Assembly (NCBI GenBank): GCA_019894975.1
Contig: JAGXNO010000058.1
Location: 1-18,431, forward strand
Source: Promethearchaeota archaeon
Lineage (GTDB): Archaea > Asgardarchaeota > Lokiarchaeia > Sigyniarchaeales > SOKP01
DNA: 18,431 bases
Direction of reading: 5' to 3'
A program made the position numbers and the translations under genes. A model generated the notes under the pieces. The model did not search any database, was not told where the DNA came from, and saw nothing but the letters and a program-made list of their open reading frames with translations. Below, piece by piece: positions 10,034-17,816 of this stretch; the stretch's first letter is position 1, and every line of letters starts with the position of its first letter.

Positions 10034-11011
10034 ATGTTAGGGGAAATTATTGCTATTTTAGCGGTGCTTACATTTGTTGTTTCTAGTGTACTATTCCGTA
10101 AAACAGAGCATGAAGCTAGCCCTACGTTTATCAACTTTTTTCGGACCGCAGTAGGTACATTAACATTCATCCTCCTAGCTATCTTTTTAAATCGATTTAA
10201 CCTCATTTTCCAAATCCCATGGGAATTATGGTTAATTTTGATTTTAAGTTTCGTATTTGGTCAAGTAATGGGGGATACCGCTTATTTTTCCGCTCAAAAA
10301 GAACTAGGAACTACAATAGCTCTTGCAATTTCAATGACTTTTCCACTATTTACTTTCATTTTATCTTTAATTTTTCTCGATCGTGCTTTCAAATTAAATT
10401 TGCTTCTCTCAATGCTACTAATTGGTGTTGGAATCACTATAATTGGAAAATCTAAAGCAAATGCTGAAAACACAAAGGAAATGGAAAATAATCCAAAACC
10501 TAATACCTCAAAAATAAGATTTTCAGAAATTCTTAGCAGGAATATTGTTAAATCAATAATTTATTGTTTTACAGCGGCTTTTGGATGGGCTGTTGGTGCT
10601 GTTATGATTGAATTTGCCACTATTAAAATAGACCAAATTATTCAAGCACAAGAACTTAGTTCTATTATTGGAAATGTTATCCGATTCCCATTTGCTTTAT
10701 TGATTTTGGGTTCAATGGTGGGGAGGGAGAATTATTTAAAAAAAGATCAGGATTCAAATGCTAAACAAAAAAAATCTATTAAAACATTAGGATTATTATT
10801 AGGTGCTTCTATTATAGGAACTTCACTTGGATCATATCTATATACTGAGTCTGTACACGTAGCAGGGGCAGATGTAGTAGCGTTAATTGCAAGTGCAGCT
10901 CCTTTGTTTGCATTACCACTTACATATTTAATTAATAAGGAAACTATATCTAAATATGGCTTTATTGGTGTTATGCTAACAATTTTTGGAGTGCTTCTAA
11001 TTCTTATTTAA
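10034..11011 (+). CDS. EamA/DMT-family transporter
   Basis: Two repeats of five hydrophobic helices separated by a polar loop. FINFFR / GNVIRF, MTFPLF / AAPLF and KETIS..GFIG patterns are typical of EamA. Confidence 0.9.
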   Translation: MLGEIIAILAVLTFVVSSVLFRKTEHEASPTFINFFRTAVGTLTFILLAIFLNRFNLIFQIPWELWLILILSFVFGQVMGDTAYFSAQKELGTTIALAISMTFPLFTFILSLIFLDRAFKLNLLLSMLLIGVGITIIGKSKANAENTKEMENNPKPNTSKIRFSEILSRNIVKSIIYCFTAAFGWAVGAVMIEFATIKIDQIIQAQELSSIIGNVIRFPFALLILGSMVGRENYLKKDQDSNAKQKKSIKTLGLLLGASIIGTSLGSYLYTESVHVAGADVVALIASAAPLFALPLTYLINKETISKYGFIGVMLTIFGVLLILI

Positions 11012-11021
11012 TTTTAGATAC

Positions 11022-11630
11022 TTACTCAAGTTTATCGTAATCTAATTTATTCTTCTCTAAAATCTTAACAACTAAGTCTCTAAAAATTTTCTCTATATTA
11101 ACGTTATCTTTCGCTGAGGTCTTATAAAAATCACTCTCTGCATGTCGAGTCATGAATCTGTCGATTACTAATTTATCTACTCGAGTTTTATCATCAACGT
11201 TTTCAACAAGATCTTTTTTTGTGCCAATAAACATTCTAGGAGTAGTGCCATGATTATGTTCACCCAATCTTTCATACCACCAATCTAATCTTAATAGTGT
11301 TTGAAGATCTACTAAACTAAATACCATAAATATACCGTTAGCACCATTAATATAATAGGGGAATAATTTTTTAAACTGTTCCCGACCTCCAAAATCCCAA
11401 ATACTAATTCTAACGAAAGTATTGTCTCCACCTACAGTTATGGGTAGGTCGTATGTGTAGAACTCAATTCCAAGAGTTTGTGTAGTATCAACTTCAAATG
11501 TATTAAAACATAAACGCTTGGCAATACATGTCTTTCCTACGCGTTCTTGCCCCAATATTACGATTTTAAAAATATAAATAGGTTTATCTTCATTATTAAC
11601 CTTAAATATTGGTTTATCTTGTGCTGTCAT
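11022..11630 (-). CDS. Ras-superfamily (Rab-like) small GTPase
   Basis: G1 GQERVGKT, G2 TLGIEF, G3 WDFGGRE, YYINGA (RabF4-like), G4 TKKD and G5 TSAK. No C-terminal Cys prenylation motif. Confidence 0.95.
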   Translation of the reverse strand: MTAQDKPIFKVNNEDKPIYIFKIVILGQERVGKTCIAKRLCFNTFEVDTTQTLGIEFYTYDLPITVGGDNTFVRISIWDFGGREQFKKLFPYYINGANGIFMVFSLVDLQTLLRLDWWYERLGEHNHGTTPRMFIGTKKDLVENVDDKTRVDKLVIDRFMTRHAESDFYKTSAKDNVNIEKIFRDLVVKILEKNKLDYDKLE

Positions 11631-11762
11631 TATTAAAATCTAAATCCCTTTCTTTAATAAACTTTAAGACTAATAATTTAAAATAAAAGTTGGAACTTAT
11701 AAATTGTGAACATTCGTTAAAAATGGCATTGATCCAAAACTATGATTAATCTCTGAGAACGA

Positions 11763-12821
11763 TTAAACTTCATGAGTTTTTAAACAAATTTTACCCTTCT
11801 TAAAAATTTCTGCATAGGATGGTTTCGTATGTTGCCATGAGCCATCATTTATGATCTGAATTGGATGTCCATTTACCGTTCCATTATACACTTCCTTATG
11901 ATGAGAATGCCCATATACTAGATGATTTATTTGTGATAAATCATGCTCTTCGTCCTCTAAGAATCTTTTTATCTCACCGAAATAATAATCAGGTTTACTG
12001 GCATGTTCCCATTTTTTCATTACGCGCATGTTTACCTTAATTAGATTAAATTCTAAGGTACTTAGTTCTGAAAAAAGGGTTTTTTGTGATTCGAGAGAAA
12101 CATTTTTTAAGTCAGCTAATTCTTCAATCATCATATTATAAGTAATAGGTTTAATTTTTCTGCTATTCTTGATTACTTCATTCCAAAAATAGTCATATGT
12201 CTCTTTTATTTCAAATTTGTGATTAGATATTAAGGATTTCCATATTTGTCCTACAAAAAAGCGATATACGTCACCATCAAATTGATATCCATGAGTCATG
12301 AAACATCGGTAATCTTCCTCTAATTCTAGTCCATCAATTCTAATCTTATGAACTGGATTATCCTCAATTTGATCTCGTGTGTTAAATAATAACAGCATAT
12401 CCTCATTATTCACCTTTTTTAATAGTAAATACTGACAGTAAATTTCATTAGCAAACAATTCACTGAAATCACTATTCTTAAACCTCCTCAAATATTTTTC
12501 TTTTCGACGCTCAAATTTCTCATCATAATCTCCCGTAACAGGAATTTCATGATTTCCAAGAACAAAAATAAGTTTTACTTTCCTTTTAATTTCCAGTAGG
12601 AGGGTTAAGATTTCTTGGATTTTCTCCCTTTTTAAAAGAATTCTAGGGAGATCCGTACATAAATCAATGAAATCTCCTAATATTAAAAGAGCTCTTAACT
12701 CATTTCCGAAATCTCCTTTGAGTATTCTTTTTAAAAACTGAATTAATTGATCTTTTTCACTATCCAAGGAACCTAAATGAATATCAGAAATTGTTAAGAT
12801 TTTTGGATTATTACCTTCCAT
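11763..12821 (-). CDS. Calcineurin-like metallophosphoesterase (LpxH/YbbF-like motif pattern)
   Basis: All five metal motifs: SDIHLG, LGDFID, GNHE, THG and GHSH, plus C-terminal NDGSW. Confidence 0.92.
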   Translation of the reverse strand: MEGNNPKILTISDIHLGSLDSEKDQLIQFLKRILKGDFGNELRALLILGDFIDLCTDLPRILLKREKIQEILTLLLEIKRKVKLIFVLGNHEIPVTGDYDEKFERRKEKYLRRFKNSDFSELFANEIYCQYLLLKKVNNEDMLLLFNTRDQIEDNPVHKIRIDGLELEEDYRCFMTHGYQFDGDVYRFFVGQIWKSLISNHKFEIKETYDYFWNEVIKNSRKIKPITYNMMIEELADLKNVSLESQKTLFSELSTLEFNLIKVNMRVMKKWEHASKPDYYFGEIKRFLEDEEHDLSQINHLVYGHSHHKEVYNGTVNGHPIQIINDGSWQHTKPSYAEIFKKGKICLKTHEV

Positions 12822-12940
12822 GTTTTAATGATCTCTTTATAAAATGTTGACTCAATTAAAATTAATTATACTAGATAATATAATTATTTTATCCATCACG
12901 AACTAGAAGAGATTATACTTATCTTTAACTTAAATATAAT

Positions 12941-13108
12941 TTAATAAAGAATTCTCGACTTTAACTTCCTCAAAAAATCACTATATTCTGTACATTCCTT
13001 ACAATCAGGAATCTTACATAAAAATTGTAATTTTGGAAGCTCAAATTTATCGAAAAAGGGACAAACCAACAATTCAAATCGAGGAATAAAAACTATATCA
13101 GATCCCAT
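12941..13108 (-). CDS. Small Cys-rich hypothetical protein, 55 aa (not in the ORF track)
   Basis: ATG at 13108 to TAA at 12941 gives MGSDIVFIPRFELLVCPFFDKFELPKLQFLCKIPDCKECTEYSDFLRKLKSRILY. Four Cys (C16, C31, C36, C39). TTTATAAA box 23-30 nt upstream of the ATG. Confidence 0.7.
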   Translation of the reverse strand: MGSDIVFIPRFELLVCPFFDKFELPKLQFLCKIPDCKECTEYSDFLRKLKSRILY

Positions 13109-13130
13109 TTAAAACACTATTTTAGGGGAG

Positions 13131-13138
13131 TTTATAAA
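13131..13138 (-). promoter_or_regulatory. TATA box for a probable leaderless transcript of the 55-aa ORF
   Basis: TTTATAAA at -23 to -30 from ATG 13108, the archaeal spacing for a start site at or near the ATG. Confidence 0.5.
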
Positions 13139-13340
13139 TATAAAAATATAGTTTGTATTTTTAAATCCTCTGAGAGCGAAAAATTTATAATAAAATTGAG
13201 TAAATCATTGAAAATAGAATTGTATGAAAGGTAAATTCAGAGTGTGATATTCATATAAACTTCTCTGAAAAACTTAGTTTTGTTAGAATTAGAAATGGTT
13301 ATATATTATATCAAATTAGAATTTTATCAACAGACTTAAA

Positions 13341-15131
13341 GTGAATTTTATGAACCCTACTGTACAATTCCATCACAAGAAAGAATATTGGTATATAAGT
13401 GCATTTTTAAACTCAATGGAAGTCAATGAGGAAGTTAGAGATCAAAAAATAAAGACTTTGCTAGATCTGATAAAAGGTAGATTAAGCAATCTTAAAGACT
13501 CTGAAAAAAAAGATTCTAAAAGTGTAGAAACTGAAGAGAAAAAATCTGACTTTGAATATTTGGAACGATTGCCTGATGTTGAAGAAAATAAAAGAATGTT
13601 AATTAAAATGGGTCAAATTATATCTATTGAATGTAAATGGGTACCTGTTTTTAGTGGTTTTTCTTTTACAGATGAAAAACGAGATTTTACTAGAGGTATT
13701 AAACCCGTACCTATAATTTATGACTCATTGGGATATTTTGAATTCAAAGTAGATTATAATAAGTTAGGGAGTGAAAAAGAATCTATAAAACCCCTTTTAA
13801 TACAGCAAATGCCGATAATAGCAAGAAAAGTAATAAAAGAATTCTGCAAAGAGGAAGATAATCAATTTATTTTGGTTGACTACGAAAGCAACATATTTGA
13901 CATAGTAATTACAAATAAATCTCATCCAAGTAAAATATCCTGGACTGAGGAAAAGATAAACGAGTACAAAAGAAGTCTTGGATATTGGACAGAGATATAT
14001 TCTGGTAGTTGGGAAGATTATTCGGTTGAGCTTTTTAATGACAGAGTAGCTCACAATTTATCAAATCGTACTTCAGAATTGCATTATCTTTCTAGAAATT
14101 CAGGATTTATTTACATGGAGGAAGAAAATTATGATAAACATTTTGATAGATATATGGTAGGGAGTGTCCTAGAACCCGCAGCAGAAATTAGAGCCATACA
14201 GTATGCACTAATGTCAATTAATGAATCCCTTGATGTGCTATTTAAAAAACGGGTTGGGATTTTTATGAGTTTAGGAAGATTAGAAGAAAAAATCAAACAG
14301 CTTAGGCTTTTAAAAGGAAATATTCAAACAAATTTAAGTGTAATTTATAAAGAATTAGATTGGAATAGACGTCAGCATTATACTAAAGTAATGAGTCATC
14401 TAATAGAGGAATTCAGGTTAAAAGATATTTTTAAAAGAGTCGATTCTAAATTCGTTCTAATAGAAGATTCGCTGAAAGAATTATACGTGAAAGGAAAGGA
14501 AAGACGCAGTGAGATGAGAGAAAAGACATTAACGCTTTTAGGTACTCTTTTTAGTTTAGGAGTTCTTGCAGATATCACATTGTTATTTATAAATAATGCA
14601 TTTGATTTAGCAGAGGAACATTTGTTAACAAGGCTTTTGTATTTTATTACGTTTTTTGTCATCGTTTTATTATTCGGTATTTCTTTATTAAGGTTTTGGG
14701 GAAAAGCAAGAAATTTAAAGCAAACAGAAAGGGGTGAAGCTGTTGATGCTTTAATCGAGGATGGGAAGGGTAATGTTGTAGTAATTGAACGTATGTTTCC
14801 CCCATATCAGGGAATGTATGCCCTTCCTGGAGGATTTATAGAGAGGGAGAGAGGAGAGAAACCAAAAGATGCTGTGATACGTGAAGTTAGAGAAGAAACA
14901 AATTTAGAGATAGAAATTGAGAGAAAAGTCGGAGAGTATGATAAAAAAGGGAGAGATCCTAGAGATGACATAAAATCAACCGTTTTTAAATGCAGGTGCG
15001 AAGATTTCTCTAAACTAAATAAGGGTGAAGATACTCAACGCGTTAAATTAATTTCATTAAGAGAACTGAAGACAAAGGAAATAGCATTTGATCATAGACA
15101 AATGTTGAAAGATGCGGGATATGATGTTTGA
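13341..15131 (+). CDS. Membrane protein: large N-terminal soluble domain + helical stalk + 2 TM + C-terminal Nudix hydrolase domain
   Basis: TM1 at about aa 397-417 and TM2 at about aa 432-453. Nudix domain at about aa 467-596 (AVDALI, YALPGGF, REVREETNL, GRDPR, IAFDH). Start is GTG 13341 or ATG 13350. Confidence 0.9.
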   Translation: MNFMNPTVQFHHKKEYWYISAFLNSMEVNEEVRDQKIKTLLDLIKGRLSNLKDSEKKDSKSVETEEKKSDFEYLERLPDVEENKRMLIKMGQIISIECKWVPVFSGFSFTDEKRDFTRGIKPVPIIYDSLGYFEFKVDYNKLGSEKESIKPLLIQQMPIIARKVIKEFCKEEDNQFILVDYESNIFDIVITNKSHPSKISWTEEKINEYKRSLGYWTEIYSGSWEDYSVELFNDRVAHNLSNRTSELHYLSRNSGFIYMEEENYDKHFDRYMVGSVLEPAAEIRAIQYALMSINESLDVLFKKRVGIFMSLGRLEEKIKQLRLLKGNIQTNLSVIYKELDWNRRQHYTKVMSHLIEEFRLKDIFKRVDSKFVLIEDSLKELYVKGKERRSEMREKTLTLLGTLFSLGVLADITLLFINNAFDLAEEHLLTRLLYFITFFVIVLLFGISLLRFWGKARNLKQTERGEAVDALIEDGKGNVVVIERMFPPYQGMYALPGGFIERERGEKPKDAVIREVREETNLEIEIERKVGEYDKKGRDPRDDIKSTVFKCRCEDFSKLNKGEDTQRVKLISLRELKTKEIAFDHRQMLKDAGYDV

Positions 15132-15330
15132 TAATATTATTAGATCCTTCTTCCATGAAATAGAAAGATTAGTGGAAATTATTGAATATAGATAGTTAAC
15201 AAAACCTAATAATATTAAAAGTAGGTTGTAAATGATAATTAACTCGTTTTTTTTAAACAACATATTTTTATTAATTGATATCATATTACTTGATATTAAT
15301 GAGATTTAGTGATGAAAAGGTTTTTTCTTT

Positions 15331-16548
15331 ATGATGAAATATCGAAAAATGGGTTCTTTGGGATGGGACGTTTCTGCTTTGGGTTTTGGAGCAATGCGTT
15401 TCCCTGTTGATAAAGATTTTCAAATAAAGGAAGAGGAATCAATTCAAATGATTCGTTATGCGATAAATCATGGCGTAAATTACATTGATACAGCTTATCC
15501 ATATCATGGAGGTCGAAGTGAGGTGATCGTAGGAAAAGCATTACAGAATGGGTATCGAGAGAAAATTCATTTAACCACGAAATTACCAATTTGGTTAATT
15601 AGGAGACCGAATCACTTTGAAAGATATCTTAAAAGGCAAATAGATAGATTACAAACCAATCCAGACATATATTTATTTCACGGGCTTAATAAACCGCGAT
15701 TTAAGAAAATAAAAGATTTGAATTTAATTAAAAACATGGAAAATGCGAGAGATAATGGACTTTTTAAATACATAGGTTTCTCATTTCACGATAGCTACGA
15801 TGTCTTCAAAGAGATCGTTGATTCATACCAATGGGATTGCTGTCAAATACAGTTGAATTATTTAGATATAAATTATCAAGCAGGTATAAAAGGTTTAGAC
15901 TACGCTGGGGAAAAAGATATTGCGGTTATCATTATGGAACCCATTCGAGGAGGAAAATTAGCAATTCCTAATGATGATTTAGAATCAAAACCGTTGATAA
16001 AAAATGTATTGAATAATTCCAGTAAACAGAAGACTATGGCTGATTGGGCACTACAGTTTTTATGGAACCAGAAACATGTTTCTGTTGTTTTAAGCGGCAT
16101 GAGCACTATGCAATAAGTTGTGGAAAATGTCGAATCGGCCAATAATTCAGGGATCAACTCATTAACTGATCCGGAATTAAAAATTATCGCAGCTTTAAGG
16201 GATGCCTTTAATAATTATGTAGTAGTTTCATGTACTAGATGTGGGTATTGTATACCATGTCCGAACGGTGTTTCAATCCCTAGTATATTAGGAGTACTCA
16301 ATGAAATCGCATATTGGGGAGACAGAGCTCGGATGGGATACAATCAAATGGCTAAAACCCCGGAAGATTTAAATAGAAGACGAGAAGGAGGAGAACAGGT
16401 TGAGGGTGCTGCTACACTTTGCACCCAATGTGGAGAATGTTTAGAGAAATGTCCCCAACAAATTGAAATTCCAGATATGATGGATAAAGCTAATTATATT
16501 TTTAGAGATGGGAAAGATATAACTGAGATACTTGAAATAGATCCATAA
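15331..16548 (+). pseudogene. Aldo/keto reductase with C-terminal 2x[4Fe-4S] domain, interrupted by an in-frame TAA at 16114..16116
   Basis: LGFGAMRFP, NYIDTAYPYHGG, LTTKLP, IGFSFH, CQIQLNYLD, IMEPIRGGKLA, then VLSGMSTMQ*VVENVESA continuing in the same frame to CTRCGYCIPCP and CTQCGECLEKCPQ. Confidence 0.85.
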
Positions 16549-16592
16549 AACATATTTTATCTCTTTAAATTTATATATGATGGTGTAAAAAA

Positions 16593-17129
16593 ATGGTAAG
16601 AAAAACTACAAAAAAGGAATTAACAGAAGTCGTGAAAACTATTAGACTTTATGGAAATCGCATGCTGGAAGGTTTAAAAGAAAATGAAGTAAAATGGGTT
16701 CCAGAAAATACCAAAGGAAGATCAATTGAGAGTTATCTAAGACATCTTCTGAATTCGGAGGCATATTGGTATAACATGGTAAAAGGTGGATCATTTGAAT
16801 ATTATTCGAAAAAAATCAGTTTTGATGATTTAGTTAATGGTTTTACAAAACATAAGTCAAAAATAGTCGAATTAATAGATAATGCAGATGATGAAGATCT
16901 GAATCTAAGAATTCCAGAGTGGGAAGGGGAAAATTTTCAAAATTTAAGGAGAAGAGGAACTCTTGCATGGAAAATTTACAGGACATCTATGCACGCGGTT
17001 CATCATTTCGGGCAAATAGCATATATCCGATTCAGTTTGGAAAATCCACCTGCTGATAAAATTGATGGACATTCAGATTCCTGGGGTTATATAATGGATC
17101 AGCTGGTATTTTTAGCCCATTCGGACTAA
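16593..17129 (+). CDS. DinB/YfiT-like four-helix-bundle metalloprotein
   Basis: RSIESYLRHLLNSEAYW (first His) and HAVHHFGQI (HxxxH-GQ) signatures. GGTG SD at 16582..16585. Confidence 0.85.
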   Translation: MVRKTTKKELTEVVKTIRLYGNRMLEGLKENEVKWVPENTKGRSIESYLRHLLNSEAYWYNMVKGGSFEYYSKKISFDDLVNGFTKHKSKIVELIDNADDEDLNLRIPEWEGENFQNLRRRGTLAWKIYRTSMHAVHHFGQIAYIRFSLENPPADKIDGHSDSWGYIMDQLVFLAHSD

Positions 17130-17147
17130 AATGAAATGCAGATCCCC

Positions 17148-17582
17148 CTAATAATTTCTTTTGAAAATGGCTTTTAATTTAAATTTTTCAATCAAATCTT
17201 TTATAACACAATCAAATTTCTCAGAAATAATTAGAAATAGTTTAACCCATCCACTATCTAATGAAATTTCTTGTAAATCAGATGTAGGAGCAAAAAGAAT
17301 AATTAAATCTTTGATTTTAGAAAAATCCTCATTCTTTAATTTTAAGATGTGATCTTCAAGTTCACTAATAAGATCTTCTTTAGTATCGAATAAGGATCGT
17401 ATCATATTCGTTTCTGGAGTTTTTATAAATTCCTTAATTAATTCTAAGATATTAATGATAACTTCAATCGTCTCATTAACGTTTTCTAGTTTTTTCTCAT
17501 CGATGTACTCATTAATTCTATTTTTAGTTGAATATTCCTCAAGTAATTTATTAATTTTTTTGGGAGAGACAGTTTTTATCAC
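17148..17582 (-). CDS. Hypothetical helical protein
   Basis: 144-codon ORF filling the gap between two + strand genes, with charged amphipathic composition and a distinctive LFAPTSDLQEISLDSGW segment. Start uncertain (GTG). Confidence 0.65.
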   Translation of the reverse strand: MIKTVSPKKINKLLEEYSTKNRINEYIDEKKLENVNETIEVIINILELIKEFIKTPETNMIRSLFDTKEDLISELEDHILKLKNEDFSKIKDLIILFAPTSDLQEISLDSGWVKLFLIISEKFDCVIKDLIEKFKLKAIFKRNY

Positions 17583-17816
17583 AGCTTAGGGATAATATTT
17601 TACTTTCTTAATCTTTGATAGGCTCAATAGAAATAAATCTCTTTACTTATTCTCCTCGTAAATGAGAAATTGGATTGTAAGAAAAACAAGGTTCTAATTA
17701 TTTAATATGTTCTAGATAGTATAATTAGTATTTATTTATCAACTATAAAGAGCCCATAAATCGAAAATCTTGGAATATAGAAAGGTGAATGTAAAATATC
17801 CTCTAAAAATCTTCCA

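Noticed and set aside
9257-10455. Short ORFs 9257..9448 (-), 10018..10206 (-) and 10219..10455 (+)
   Set aside because: They lie within or overlap well-supported genes on the opposite strand or in another frame, and have no recognisable features.
15132-15330. Weak dyads (AACCTA..TAGGTT; TGATATCA / TGATATTA) upstream of the aldo/keto reductase
   Set aside because: Short and AT-rich, not distinguishable from chance by eye.
16114-16116. Selenocysteine/pyrrolysine recoding or stop-codon reassignment in the aldo/keto reductase
   Set aside because: The codon is TAA, not TGA or TAG. The position corresponds to a non-catalytic Gln, TAA terminates most genes in the window, and no SECIS-like hairpin is evident downstream.
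13797-16157. Minus-strand ORFs 13797..14054, 14396..14662, 15057..15284, 15329..15589 and 15900..16157
   Set aside because: Antisense to the Nudix fusion or the aldo/keto reductase. 15057..15284 is partly intergenic, but its hydrophobicity is what AT-rich non-coding DNA produces.
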